Source: Armatimonadota bacterium (GTDB taxonomy: Bacteria; Armatimonadota; SYMT01). Taken from it: a stretch of DNA of 64,000 nucleotides. The notes beneath the pieces were generated by a model. That model worked only from the letters and a program-made list of their open reading frames with translations. It was not told the origin of the DNA and did not search any database. This document shows, in pieces, positions 1-10,394 of the stretch (its first letter is position 1; every line of letters starts with the position of its first letter). Location: contig JAWLHY010000005.1 in NCBI GenBank assembly GCA_041690135.1, forward strand, positions 64,001 through 128,000, written 5' to 3'. Both the position numbers and the translations under genes were made by a program.

Positions 1-185
1 AGTTGGAGACCATTCTCCAGGTATTAGGGCCCAACCGGGTCCTGTTTGCCAGCAACTACCCGGAGTTCAACCCGGGGGCTTCGCTGGGTCTCTTGATGGA
101 GGCAAAAATTAGCGACGGCGAGAAGCAGAATATTCTGACGAACAATGCCGTGCGCTTGTTTGGGCTTACTCGCGGCGAGGAGTGA
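1..185 (+). CDS. Amidohydrolase-family protein, C-terminal fragment (5' truncated by window)
   Basis: GPNRVLFASNYP...EKQNILTNNAVRLF resembles the C-terminus of amidohydrolase_2 proteins. Confidence 0.7.
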   Translation, partial: LETILQVLGPNRVLFASNYPEFNPGASLGLLMEAKISDGEKQNILTNNAVRLFGLTRGEE

Positions 186-226
186 TCGGGTAGAACCTCG
201 CTTCTAACCGCTGTTGCCAGTAAACG

Positions 227-269
227 GAATGCCGATCCCATTCTGAGGTGGGATCGGCATTCATCTTTT
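227..269 (+). terminator. Intrinsic terminator
   Basis: 14-bp stem gaatgccgatccca (227-240) / tgggatcggcattc (249-262) followed by atctttt, downstream of the + strand CDS. Confidence 0.65.
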
Positions 270-399
270 CTGGCGGGCCACCCCTTGTGGTGGTTTCGCC
301 ACGCCTCTCCCGGAGCGCGCATATAAGAAGCCGCCGATCGTGAAGTCCACCGGCGGGAACTGGGTGCTCAACTCCTCGCCGGGGATCCGGGAAGAGAGC

Positions 400-439
400 A
401 AAAAAGAGGCGCTACCGCAGACCCCTGCGGTAGCGCCTC
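400..439 (-). terminator. Intrinsic terminator of the SBBP/PEP-CTERM unit
   Basis: Perfect 15-bp stem 406-420 / 425-439 with A6 at 400-405 (U-tract on minus strand), 21 nt after the stop at 461. Confidence 0.85.
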
Positions 440-460
440 AAGACACGGAGTAGTTGACTT

Positions 461-1012
461 CTAGCGGAGCCGGGTGAGGAGACCGGGCCGTCGCCGGATC
501 ACAAGACCCAGCGCGAGGAGCCCCGCACCGAAAAGCGCAAAGCTACTGCCCTCCGGCACCACCGCTACGGAGAAGTTGACGCTATCCAACTCATTCTGAG
601 CACCCTCATCCGATCCACCCAGAACGGTGAGGTTGCCGAGGAAGAACTGGTTCAGCGGTGCATTCCCCGTGGAGATTACATCGAACACCGCGCCGGACCA
701 GGACGAGTTCGCCGCCAGTACCGTCGGGACGTTCGTGTAGAACTTCGTCGCATCCAGCGTGAAGTAGCTGTTGGGTGCGTGCAGGGAGAGCGAAGCTCCA
801 TTGATATAGATCGCCCGAGGACCGTTGTTCTTGATCACGGCACTGAAGGTGATCCTGCTATTAGGCACATTGGGGGTAGCATACCCCTGTGCGTCATGCA
901 GCGTGACGTGGAACGTGGGCTGTTGGGCCTGAACGATCATCGCGGGGTACAGCAGCATCAGCAACGCACCCAGCAGGAACATTTTCAGTTTCATCGTGCT
1001 TCTCTTAAGCAT
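461..1012 (-). CDS. PEP-CTERM sorting-signal surface protein
   Basis: Signal peptide (..MIVQA|QQ) and C-terminal VPEGSSFALFGAGLLALGLVIRRR (VPE-x, TM helix, basic cluster); alternative start at 994. Confidence 0.85.
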   Translation of the reverse strand: MLKRSTMKLKMFLLGALLMLLYPAMIVQAQQPTFHVTLHDAQGYATPNVPNSRITFSAVIKNNGPRAIYINGASLSLHAPNSYFTLDATKFYTNVPTVLAANSSWSGAVFDVISTGNAPLNQFFLGNLTVLGGSDEGAQNELDSVNFSVAVVPEGSSFALFGAGLLALGLVIRRRPGLLTRLR

Positions 1013-4000
1013 CAGCGCGCCCTCCGAGTGACGACCTTCCCATTGCTGGGCCGCCGGGTCGGAAGCGTTCCCGTGTTAGGCATCCGGATGCGATGGGTGG
1101 CCGCGAAAGACGCTAGGCCGCCACCCGGATAAGTATACGTGCCCTGGATGTCGATCAGAGCCGAGTTCCCCGCGTTCCAAGCATTGTAGCCGGGATTGGG
1201 ATCGGTATTGGAGAACCGGTACTGAACCCGCCCTGTTTGATTGACCGCCAGCGTGCCCGGATACAGATTGGATCCCTGCGGGATGCCGAAGGTCTTTCCG
1301 CTGAACGAACCACTCGTGTACCGCTGCTTCCAGTCCTGGGTGACCGCGGACTTGCCGCCCGTTCCCCGGAACATGACAGTTCCGAACTGTACGTCACTGG
1401 CACTGGCTCCACCTGTGTTCTTGATGATCACGTGGGTGAAGAAGTCGGTGCTGTTGGATCGGAACGTCGTCGAGGTGATGGTGAACTTCGGGAACAACGG
1501 CGAGGTCAAGAAGGCCGGCGCCGTACCCTGCGCGGTCTGCGACAGGTCGGGAGTGGTGGACTCCACCTGCACGTAGTAGAGCGTGCCCGGGGTTAACGGA
1601 CTGTCCGTCGAAGGGTTCCCGAGCTGATCCGTCGTCGTGCCCAGGCTATCGCCGATCGTGATGCGATGGCTGAACACATTGCCGGAAGTGTCGCTTGAAA
1701 GTCCCGGATGCGGCTGGGTGACCTTCGTGTAAACCCCGGATGAGGTGCCATATCGGACGATCGAGGATGCCGGGCGGTTCGTCTGCCAGGTCACCACGGC
1801 GGTGGTGGCGGAAACCAGGGTCACGTCGACCTTGTAGATCTGCAGACCCGTCAGATCTCCAGGACACACCTTGGTGACGAAGCCATCCTCCGTGCCACCT
1901 CCAGGCGAAAGCTGGGGCCCGGCCACGGCCGGATAGGTTCCACCCTGGGTAACGCCGACCACGATTGGGCAATTGTCTCCGGTAGCCGCAATCCCGTAGC
2001 CCCGCTCGTGCATGTTGCCATCGATGAGCGTGGACACCAGCAGCGTGTTGGCACCGGACTGGTTGGTGTCGAGCTTGGCCGCAAACGCGGCTTCGTCGAT
2101 CGCGGTCTTCGTGTCGATCACGGAGTTGGCAATCGGGAATGGGATCGGGTCGGTGGTTAGAGAAACGGTGTAACCGGTTAACCACGCGACCCCAGGCATG
2201 GCCGGATCGAGCGAGATAGCCGCGGCCTCGTCGTGGCGCTGGCCGCCGAAGGCCGTAAAGTACTCCAACTGCACACGCCCAGTGACGCTGGTTGCCGGAT
2301 TTGAAGCGTCAAGCGGTTCGCCTAACCGGATCAGGAAGGCATCACCATTCCCCTGGCCTGTGGTTGCCAACCCGGCCACGGTAGGAGTATTCGTCGGGCT
2401 ACTCCCTGTGGAGTAAGGGTCGGATAACGTTGCCTTAGGAGTGGCTGCGAGCAATCCCGTGGCGTAAACGTCCCCGTTACTATCCACCGCGACTCCATAG
2501 CACTGCTCTTCCGCAAAGCCTCCAAAGAGCGTGGACCAACCAATGGTGAGGCTCTGCCCAATGGTGTCGTACTGCAGCTTCGTGATGTAAGCGTCGGCAC
2601 TGTTATCCGCGAACTTGGTCTGCAGGGAGCGACTCAGCGGGAAGTCCGCAGTTGAGTAGGTGTTGCCCACAGCGTACACGTTCAGGGTGCCTGCGACGCG
2701 CCGTACAGCCACAGCATCCGTCCCCTCGTTGAGGTTCCCTCCCAGATAGGTCGAGAACAGGAGTTGGGCGGTGGTTGGGCTTCCGAAAGTCAACTGCAGG
2801 CAGGAGACGAAGCCTTCCTGGTTGTTCCCCATGGTGTTGTCCACCGCATTGACCAGCGGGAAGGAGGTTGCCGGGGAAAAGGTTCGTCCGGTAATAACGA
2901 CGCGGTTCTGGTCGTCGAAGTCCAAGCCGCCGGCCCATTCGGACTGATTGCCGCCGAAGTAGGTCGAGTAAAGCAGGGAAGTTCCGTCGGCGCTGAGGAC
3001 GCTGAACCCGATGTCTTCGGTGCCGTTGAGCGAGGGCTTCGTGGAGAAGAGCGCGCCGGCGGTCGTCGGGTAGTTCGCCGAGTACGTCTCGCAAAGGAAG
3101 TAGAGACGTCCGCTGCTATCCCGCTTGAGGGCGGCACCTGGAATGGCTTTGCGGATGTCGGCGGCATTCCCACCGAAGAAAGTGCTGTAGATGACCCGAG
3201 CGCGAGTTTCGCCCGGAGTCGGCACGTTGGGCGGCGCGATTTTGGTGATAAACAGATCCCAGTCCCCACCATTGTAGGTGAGATCGTATCCCGTGGTGTA
3301 GCCGGGACCGCCGCTGTAAATCGGCGCGCCCGAAGGCGGAATGGCGGGAGTTACGGGGTAATCGCCGGAACGGGTGATGCCGATGACGTAGACATATCCG
3401 TCGTTGTCCACCACGACATCGTGAGCCTGATCAACGCTAACGCCGCCCAGGAAACCGGAGAAGCCGATCACCGGGGGATCGATCACCAGCGGACGGGTAG
3501 GATCGTAGCCGTCGACGTTGAAGCCGACCTGATTGTCCGGAAGAAGCGCGTAGCTACCCGCGACTTCCTGCCGCCGGCCGAAGACTTCCTGATAGATTAC
3601 CGGACGACCGTGCCGGAGTTCACCGCCGTCCACACTGGCTAGAAGATCGCCGTTGTCGTCAATCCGCAGAGACTTGGCGCCGTCGAACTGAAGGGTGATG
3701 TCGCCGGGAGAAACACCTGGGGCGACCTCGAAATCGTACTCGTAGTGCTGCTGGTTGCCGTAATAGACCAGGTCAACCCCTGGGTACACCTCTTTGTAGC
3801 GCACCTTCTGGTATACCGGGACGTTCGTGACATGCTTTGAAGGATCGTTACCCTTCAGGTAGTTAACACGAGTTTCCTGCTCGCCTTCGGTCTCGCAGAC
3901 GGCCTTCGGGTTTCCACCCACCACACGCATGCGGATATTGGCTTCCACCATATCCACATCCGGAACTCCGGGAAGCCTGCTGGCCTTCTTCGCCCCGGAT

Positions 4001-4284
4001 CGCTTGGGCGTGGGTGCCCACATCGAAATCCTGGCCTCGTCCGGACGGAGCTGCATCGTGTAGCTCTGTCCGTGGGCGGTGAACTGGACGTCGCGCGCGG
4101 CTTGCCCGCGGTTAGCCTCCAGCGTCATCGGCGCCTGGTTGAGTGCGAGCCCGACAGCCGAGTTGACACTGGTGGTCGGGTTCGGTTCAGTTAACCGACC
4201 GCTCTGGTCGGCAATGACGGTGCCAACCAGTAGCAAAGTGGGCAGCAACACTGCCGCTGGTCGGTGGGTATATCTCCGGATCAT
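1012..4284 (-). CDS. Secreted SBBP (beta-propeller repeat) protein with a C-terminal Fn3/Ig-like region
   Basis: EANRGQ, YKEVYPGVDLVYYG, YDFEVAPG, PLVIDP motifs, then repeated YSTYFGG units and VVTWQTNRPASSIVRYG; ATG at 4284 with GGAGG RBS preferred over 4362. Confidence 0.85.
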   Translation of the reverse strand: MIRRYTHRPAAVLLPTLLLVGTVIADQSGRLTEPNPTTSVNSAVGLALNQAPMTLEANRGQAARDVQFTAHGQSYTMQLRPDEARISMWAPTPKRSGAKKASRLPGVPDVDMVEANIRMRVVGGNPKAVCETEGEQETRVNYLKGNDPSKHVTNVPVYQKVRYKEVYPGVDLVYYGNQQHYEYDFEVAPGVSPGDITLQFDGAKSLRIDDNGDLLASVDGGELRHGRPVIYQEVFGRRQEVAGSYALLPDNQVGFNVDGYDPTRPLVIDPPVIGFSGFLGGVSVDQAHDVVVDNDGYVYVIGITRSGDYPVTPAIPPSGAPIYSGGPGYTTGYDLTYNGGDWDLFITKIAPPNVPTPGETRARVIYSTFFGGNAADIRKAIPGAALKRDSSGRLYFLCETYSANYPTTAGALFSTKPSLNGTEDIGFSVLSADGTSLLYSTYFGGNQSEWAGGLDFDDQNRVVITGRTFSPATSFPLVNAVDNTMGNNQEGFVSCLQLTFGSPTTAQLLFSTYLGGNLNEGTDAVAVRRVAGTLNVYAVGNTYSTADFPLSRSLQTKFADNSADAYITKLQYDTIGQSLTIGWSTLFGGFAEEQCYGVAVDSNGDVYATGLLAATPKATLSDPYSTGSSPTNTPTVAGLATTGQGNGDAFLIRLGEPLDASNPATSVTGRVQLEYFTAFGGQRHDEAAAISLDPAMPGVAWLTGYTVSLTTDPIPFPIANSVIDTKTAIDEAAFAAKLDTNQSGANTLLVSTLIDGNMHERGYGIAATGDNCPIVVGVTQGGTYPAVAGPQLSPGGGTEDGFVTKVCPGDLTGLQIYKVDVTLVSATTAVVTWQTNRPASSIVRYGTSSGVYTKVTQPHPGLSSDTSGNVFSHRITIGDSLGTTTDQLGNPSTDSPLTPGTLYYVQVESTTPDLSQTAQGTAPAFLTSPLFPKFTITSTTFRSNSTDFFTHVIIKNTGGASASDVQFGTVMFRGTGGKSAVTQDWKQRYTSGSFSGKTFGIPQGSNLYPGTLAVNQTGRVQYRFSNTDPNPGYNAWNAGNSALIDIQGTYTYPGGGLASFAATHRIRMPNTGTLPTRRPSNGKVVTRRAR

Positions 4285-4734
4285 GTTCGGGACTTCCTCC
4301 GTGTCACTCCTAGCGTTAACTGAAATACCGCATACCCGGCTGATGTGCAGTGTCTTGACCACCGGGCAACCTGGGGGTTGCGTGGGTGGGGAGGTCTGTC
4401 AGCGCATTGAAAGCCGTTTGCAGGGTGCTCGGGTCTCCTTCGGCTCGGTTTCTTGTTCTCCGCCCAAGGGGCTCTGTCCTCCGGAGAAGGTGAGCGGGAC
4501 CGGTGTTAGCTTTCGATGTCGAGAGCCGGCCAGTCGTGTTGGGCGTGGTGGTAGCGATGGTGGTTTGGGAAGGGACGAGAAGGAACAGTTGGCCGAAAGG
4601 TGCGCCTTCCCGTCGTGCATCATGGAGCCGACTTCCGCATTGCGGCCGCGCCAGGTGCACGGGGCGCCGTACCGCGAGATTCCGATTTCGTAGATTCGAG
4701 GAGTGTCCAGGAGGTCTTTCCATTGGGTCATCGC

Positions 4735-7524
4735 ATGCTTCGAACTCCCGCCTTCTCATCGCTCGCTCTGCGAGCCCTCTCCTACTGCCTGTTGCTGGGC
4801 GGACTCCTGCTGTGGCCGGAGATTGGCCATGCCTCTCCGCGTCCGGCGCCGACCGTGGGAGTGGTGAAGCGCACGCTCCCCAACGGTCTGCGGGTGCTGG
4901 TCTTGCCCCGGCATACGGCCCCCGTGGTGACGACCATGCTGTGGTACCGGGTGGGATCCCGGGATGAGGTGCCCGGCAGCACCGGCATCGCGCACTTCCT
5001 CGAGCACCTCCTGTTCAAGGGGACGCGAAAGCTTCCGAAGGGTGAGATCGATCGCCTGACTTTTCGGCACGGGGGCTCCAACAACGCCTTCACCTTCAAT
5101 GATTACACCGCCTATGAATTTCACTTCCCGAAGCGGCACTGGAAGGTAGCGCTGCAGATCGAGGCGGACCGGATGCGGAACTGCGTGTTCGATCCCAAGG
5201 AGCTGGAATCGGAACGCCAGGTGGTGATGGAGGAGCGCCGGGAAGGGGAAGATGATCCGGTCCAGCAACTCGGGGAGCAGTTGAACGCCATGTCGTTCCT
5301 CTCTCATCCGTACCGGAATCCGGTGATCGGGTGGATGGAAGATCTGCGGCGGGTGACCCGGAACGAGATCATGGCTTTCTACCGGAAGTATTACGTCCCG
5401 GCAAATGCGACGCTGGTGGTAACCGGAGACGTAACGCCCGCGGAAGCAATGGTGGCGGTCCGGAGCGCGTTTATGATGGTGCCTGCGGCTCCCGCTCCCC
5501 GGCGATCCGCGGTGAAGGAGCCACCGCAGATTGGCGAGCGTCGGCTGACCCTGGCGCAGCCGACGCAGGTCTCCCGCCTCCAGGTGCTGCTGCCCTCCCC
5601 TACCCGGCCCGGTCCCGACGTCTACCCGCTCAACTTGCTGCTTTACGTGCTGACGGAAGGAAAGCAGAGCCGCCTTTACCGTCGCCTGGTGGATACCGAT
5701 CGGTTGGCGGTGGAGACGGACGGGGGCCTGGGAACCTACCGGGATGCCGGACAGATCTTCCTCTACGCTACCGCTGGGGAAGGGGTGCCGCTTGAGCGCC
5801 TGGAAACGGTCCTGTGGGAGGAATTACAGCGCGCTGCTCGGGAGCCCGTGACCCCCCAAGAATTGGAACGGGCGAAGAAACAGGCCTATTCCGATTGGAT
5901 TCACGGATTGGAAACGACGGGCGACCTGGCAAACGTGCTGGGGGAAGCGGACGCATTGGGCGGTTATCAGTACGTCGACGCGTGGCTGCCGGGGTTGCGC
6001 AAGGTGACGGCTGCCGATCTGCAGCGGGTCGCGGCCGCCTATCTCCGCCGGGAACGGGCCACGGTCGGCCATCTGATTCCGGATGGGAAGAAGACGGCGC
6101 GGGTAGGGACGGGTGGTCAACCGGGTGTTGTTGCCGCGGCTGGGCGAGGTCTACCCGAAGTGTGGCCGAGGTTGGGAACGAAGCGTCCGGTTCGATTGGC
6201 GGGGCAGTCGCAGTCCGGACCTGTATCCGCCGGACCTCCGGTTTCTTTCACGTCCCTCCGGCCGGTGGAGAAGGTCCTGCCCAACGGTTTGCGCCTGGTG
6301 TTGCTGGAGAACCACGTGCTGCCATCCGTGGTGCTTTCGGCCCGTGTGGATGCCGGTTCGTATCAGGACCCACCCTCGAAAGCTGGCCTGGCGGCGGTGG
6401 TGGGGGCGATGCTGGAAGAAGGGACCCATACGCAAAACCACGATCGGATCAGCGCGACTTTGGAGCAGGTAGGAGCATCTTTCGAAGCCTCTCCGGGCCG
6501 GACGAGCACCTACCTCAATCTACAGGTACTCAGTGATCACGCTCGTTCTTTGCTCCCCATCTTTGCCGAGATGGTGCGGAATCCGGCCTTTCCGACGGAT
6601 CGGCTGGAGTTGGTCCGCAGCCAGGTACTGTCGGGGATCCAGGAACAGCAGGACGACGCATCGGGGGTGGCGCGCCAGGCATTCAACGCCCTGGTTTATG
6701 GGGACCATCCGGCCGGGCGGCCGCACGACGGTACAGGGGCCTCCGTGCGCAGCTTGCAACCGGAGGACCTCCGGGGATTCCATGCCCGGCATTACCGGCC
6801 GGAGCGAACGACGCTGGTCGTGGTAGGCGATTTCCGCGCCGCAGAGTGGGTGCGGGAACTGGAAGCCGTGTTCGGCACGTGGGCTCGCGGTAGCAGTACG
6901 GGCGCCAGCAGGCTTCCTCCCGTCGAGCGCCAGCAGGATGTTCGCGTGCGCCGGATCCCCATGGCAAAGGCGCAGACGCAGATCGTGTTGGGTCACCTGG
7001 GCGTATCTCGCAAGAACCCCGACTACCTGGCACTCCGGGTTCTGGATACGATCCTGGGTGAAGGGGTCGGCGGCGGATTCACCGCACGAATCCCTTACCA
7101 ATTGCGGGATGTGCAGGGCCTGGCCTACGGGGTCGGAAGCAGCATCACCTCCACTGCAGGCGCGGGGCCCGGAGTATTCGTGGCCGTTCTCGGGACGGAA
7201 CCCGCCAGGGAGAAAGAAGCGATCACCGCACTCCTCAAGGAGATTCGTCGGATTCGGTCCGCGCCCGTTTCCACCACGGAACTCCGCGAGGCTATCGACT
7301 ACCTGATGTACAGCTATGTGTTTGCCTTCCAGACCAACGGCCAATTGGCGGAGTACCTGCATGCAGTACACTCCTACGGTCTCGGGTATGACTACCGGCA
7401 GAGGTTCTTACGTGAAGTGGCCAGGGTGACCCGAGAGGACGTGCAGCGAGTCGCCCGGAAATATCTGGATCCGAAACACTATTCGTTGGTGGTCGTCGGA
7501 CCAGGACAGTCCGAGGAGGAGTAA
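4735..7524 (+). CDS. M16 family zinc protease (fused two-half PqqL/pitrilysin-like), signal peptide
   Basis: Inverted zincin motif HFLEH, NAFT, two LPNGLR-led halves with the second lacking HxxEH; start 4735 inferred from the signal peptide. Confidence 0.9.
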   Translation: MLRTPAFSSLALRALSYCLLLGGLLLWPEIGHASPRPAPTVGVVKRTLPNGLRVLVLPRHTAPVVTTMLWYRVGSRDEVPGSTGIAHFLEHLLFKGTRKLPKGEIDRLTFRHGGSNNAFTFNDYTAYEFHFPKRHWKVALQIEADRMRNCVFDPKELESERQVVMEERREGEDDPVQQLGEQLNAMSFLSHPYRNPVIGWMEDLRRVTRNEIMAFYRKYYVPANATLVVTGDVTPAEAMVAVRSAFMMVPAAPAPRRSAVKEPPQIGERRLTLAQPTQVSRLQVLLPSPTRPGPDVYPLNLLLYVLTEGKQSRLYRRLVDTDRLAVETDGGLGTYRDAGQIFLYATAGEGVPLERLETVLWEELQRAAREPVTPQELERAKKQAYSDWIHGLETTGDLANVLGEADALGGYQYVDAWLPGLRKVTAADLQRVAAAYLRRERATVGHLIPDGKKTARVGTGGQPGVVAAAGRGLPEVWPRLGTKRPVRLAGQSQSGPVSAGPPVSFTSLRPVEKVLPNGLRLVLLENHVLPSVVLSARVDAGSYQDPPSKAGLAAVVGAMLEEGTHTQNHDRISATLEQVGASFEASPGRTSTYLNLQVLSDHARSLLPIFAEMVRNPAFPTDRLELVRSQVLSGIQEQQDDASGVARQAFNALVYGDHPAGRPHDGTGASVRSLQPEDLRGFHARHYRPERTTLVVVGDFRAAEWVRELEAVFGTWARGSSTGASRLPPVERQQDVRVRRIPMAKAQTQIVLGHLGVSRKNPDYLALRVLDTILGEGVGGGFTARIPYQLRDVQGLAYGVGSSITSTAGAGPGVFVAVLGTEPAREKEAITALLKEIRRIRSAPVSTTELREAIDYLMYSYVFAFQTNGQLAEYLHAVHSYGLGYDYRQRFLREVARVTREDVQRVARKYLDPKHYSLVVVGPGQSEEE

Positions 7525-7527
7525 CCG

Positions 7528-8346
7528 GTGAGCGAGCTAACCCCAGAGTCCCACGATCTGGCCGGCGCAGTGGAAGAGATCGCGCGAGAAGTAGGTGGCA
7601 CAGTTGCTGTGGCGGTGCGGGACCTCCGCCGCCAGAGGGCGCTCGACCGGCTGGCGGAGGTACGGCTTCCCTCGGCCAGTGTGATCAAGATTGTCATTCT
7701 GTTGGAGTTGCTGGCCCGAGTAGAAGAGGGCGACCTGCGCCTGGACGACCGTCTACCCCTGGAAGACGGCGATAAGGTACCGGGAAGCGGCGTACTCAGC
7801 ATGCTGCAGGCGGGGATGGAACTGACCCTGGACGACCTGGCCCATCTGATGATGAACGTCAGCGATAACACCGCTTCCAATATGCTGATCGGCCTGCTGG
7901 GCTGCGATCGGATCAACCACCGGCTCGCCGGATGGGGTTTGAGGCAAACTCGCCTCGAGCGGAAGTTTTACGACTTCGCTGCGCGGGAACAAGGTCTTGA
8001 CAACTGGGTGACCGCAGGCGAATTGGCCGAACTGCTGGTAGGTATCGAACGGCGCCGGTTGCTGGGTTCCGACGCGTGCGAAAAGACACTTGCCGTTATG
8101 CGGAAGCAGCAGTTTGGCGGCCGGATTCCGGCGTTGCTGCCCCCGGAAACTCCCGTAGCGCATAAAACCGGGTCGATTACGGGTATCTGTCACGATGCGG
8201 GCATCATCTATAGCCCGGGCGGTCCGCTTATCCTCGTCGTGCTGACCCAGGACATTCCGCATTGGACCGTGGCCGAGGGCGCCATCCGGCATGTGGCGCG
8301 TCTGACGTACGAACAATGGGGAATCGTGCGGGAGGATCGGGAGTAG
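7528..8346 (+). CDS. Class A beta-lactamase-like serine hydrolase
   Basis: SxxK (SVIK), SDN and KTG motifs; no signal peptide. Confidence 0.85.
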   Translation: MSELTPESHDLAGAVEEIAREVGGTVAVAVRDLRRQRALDRLAEVRLPSASVIKIVILLELLARVEEGDLRLDDRLPLEDGDKVPGSGVLSMLQAGMELTLDDLAHLMMNVSDNTASNMLIGLLGCDRINHRLAGWGLRQTRLERKFYDFAAREQGLDNWVTAGELAELLVGIERRRLLGSDACEKTLAVMRKQQFGGRIPALLPPETPVAHKTGSITGICHDAGIIYSPGGPLILVVLTQDIPHWTVAEGAIRHVARLTYEQWGIVREDRE

Positions 8347-8427
8347 CTTCAGGGCTCCTTTCTCATCCTTTCGAGTATCCGTCGCGAATGGGGCCCGAGC
8401 GAAACAGGCCGGAGAGAAGCAGGAAGG

Positions 8428-10380
8428 ATGAAGGAAGGAGCACACCTGGATTTGCGGGTTGGAACCTGCAAGCCGGCCGCGCATCGACTGTGGCGACACG
8501 CACAGGAGTGGGTCGCGAGCGGATTCCGGAGTGTGTACTTCGTCGGCCGGGACTCTCTCCGGGGCCGGCTCGTAGCCACCCTGGTGGGGTTGCTGCTGGT
8601 GTTGTTGGCTTTCGAGGTGCGGGAGTACCGCCTGCGATCCGCCGACCGCCAGGCGTTGGTTGAGCAGACCCTGCTCCTCACGAGCCGGGATGCCGCCTGG
8701 GACGGTACGGCCCACCTGCGTGAACTCTACCGCAGCCAGCGGCACGTAGCCCGGATGGTGCTCTCCGGTCGCGTTCCGGAAGAGCAGATCCAGGGTTTCC
8801 TCCAGGATGTGCAGGCGGCGGACAGCGCCATTGCCGCCCTCGAGATTCTCCGGCCGGATGGACAGCTTCTCCACGCGACTTACGGACAGGTCTACGAGGC
8901 GAATCGCTCGAGCGATCCCGTGGTGCGTGCGCTGAGCGTGCAGCGCCCGAATGTGGCGACCGACCTGGGGAGCAATGGAACGGATCAGCCGTCGCTGGTA
9001 CGCATCGGATCGCTCCTCACAGCCCCGGATGAAACCCGCCTGGGGATCGTCATCACCACCTACTATGCAGATGCGCTGACGCGCTCGCTCGCCCCTGCGG
9101 ACTCGGGTCACGTGGAGGCGTTGCTGGACAGCCAGGGGCGGCTCATCGCGGCCAGTTCCGGACCGCTTCAGCCCCAACTGGAGGAAGAACTGGCTCGGGC
9201 GATCCGGAGGATGCGGCCGGAAGCCATCGCCGCAGTCGATACGCGGTCCGCCGATGGTCAGCGGCTCCAGGGCTATGTGGTACCGGTGCCGGAGACTGCC
9301 TGGAAACTGGCGTATCTGCAGCCGGAAAGAGAAACGGGGGCGTTGCTGGCGCGCGAGATGCGGTCCTCGTTGATGATCATGCTTATCGTGGTGATCATCC
9401 TTGGTCTGGCGATCCTGGCAGTATTGCAGGTCAGTCTCCGCCCGCTCGTCCGGCTATCCGCGGCGACGCGCAAGTTGGGCAGCGGCGATCTAAGCCTCCG
9501 GTTGCCTCCGGCGGAGATCCGGGAATTCGATCCCCTGGTGGGAGCCTTCAACCGGATGGCGGAGCGTTTGCAAGGAGCGCTGGCGGAGCTTGAGAACACC
9601 AACCATAACCTGGAGGAGCAGGTCCAGGACCGCACGCGACAGCTCGAGGCGGAGCACGAAAAGCTGCTTCGGGCGGAGCGCCTCTCCACGCTCGGACTGC
9701 TGTCTTCCGCCATTGCGCACGACCTGCGAAATCCGCTGAACACGATCAGCCTCTCCGCGGACTGGCTGCGGTTGCGGCTGCGGGAAGAGGCGGATGAGCG
9801 AGTCCAGGCGCGGATGGAGACCATTCGTCGTGAGGTTCATCGGTCGGACCGGATCATCCGGACGCTGCTCGCCTTTGCCCGCACCGGTGAACCGGAGCGG
9901 GCACCGACGGACCTCAACGCACTGGTGCGGGAGGTGGTTGCGGTCGCAGAACCGGGTGCCTCCATGACCGTCGAATTGGATCTCGCGCCGGACTTACCCC
10001 TCGCCCCCGTCGATCGGGCGCAGCTCTTCCAGGTCGTGGAGAACCTGGTTCGGAACGCGTTGCAGGCGATGGGAGAGGCCGGTTCCCTCCGTTTGACCAC
10101 GCAAGCTTCCGCGGAGGCGTGCCGGGTGTGCGTCGCTGATACCGGCCCAGGCATTCCCACGGAACTGCTCGATCAAGTTTTCGAACCCCTGGTAAGCACT
10201 AAATCAACCGGTACCGGCCTGGGGCTGGCCCTTTGCAAGCGGATCGTCGAAGCGCATGGGGGATCCATCCAGGTCCGGAGCCAACCCGGAGAAGGAACAA
10301 CATTCATCATCGACCTGCCGCTCGTCGTGCCTGAAGGCACGGTTTCCCCGGAGGCTGCCACCGTCCCCACAAGGGGCTGA
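8428..10380 (+). CDS. Membrane sensor histidine kinase with HAMP domain
   Basis: Two TM segments, HAMP, H-box AHDLRNPL, N-box NLVRNA, G1 DTGPG, G2 GTGLGL; start uncertain. Confidence 0.9.
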   Translation: MKEGAHLDLRVGTCKPAAHRLWRHAQEWVASGFRSVYFVGRDSLRGRLVATLVGLLLVLLAFEVREYRLRSADRQALVEQTLLLTSRDAAWDGTAHLRELYRSQRHVARMVLSGRVPEEQIQGFLQDVQAADSAIAALEILRPDGQLLHATYGQVYEANRSSDPVVRALSVQRPNVATDLGSNGTDQPSLVRIGSLLTAPDETRLGIVITTYYADALTRSLAPADSGHVEALLDSQGRLIAASSGPLQPQLEEELARAIRRMRPEAIAAVDTRSADGQRLQGYVVPVPETAWKLAYLQPERETGALLAREMRSSLMIMLIVVIILGLAILAVLQVSLRPLVRLSAATRKLGSGDLSLRLPPAEIREFDPLVGAFNRMAERLQGALAELENTNHNLEEQVQDRTRQLEAEHEKLLRAERLSTLGLLSSAIAHDLRNPLNTISLSADWLRLRLREEADERVQARMETIRREVHRSDRIIRTLLAFARTGEPERAPTDLNALVREVVAVAEPGASMTVELDLAPDLPLAPVDRAQLFQVVENLVRNALQAMGEAGSLRLTTQASAEACRVCVADTGPGIPTELLDQVFEPLVSTKSTGTGLGLALCKRIVEAHGGSIQVRSQPGEGTTFIIDLPLVVPEGTVSPEAATVPTRG

Positions 10381-10394
10381 TCTCAAGAGGGCTC

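Noticed and set aside
4399-4731. 110-aa minus-strand ORF or riboswitch in the divergent intergenic region
   Set aside because: No RBS, motif or recognisable riboswitch consensus
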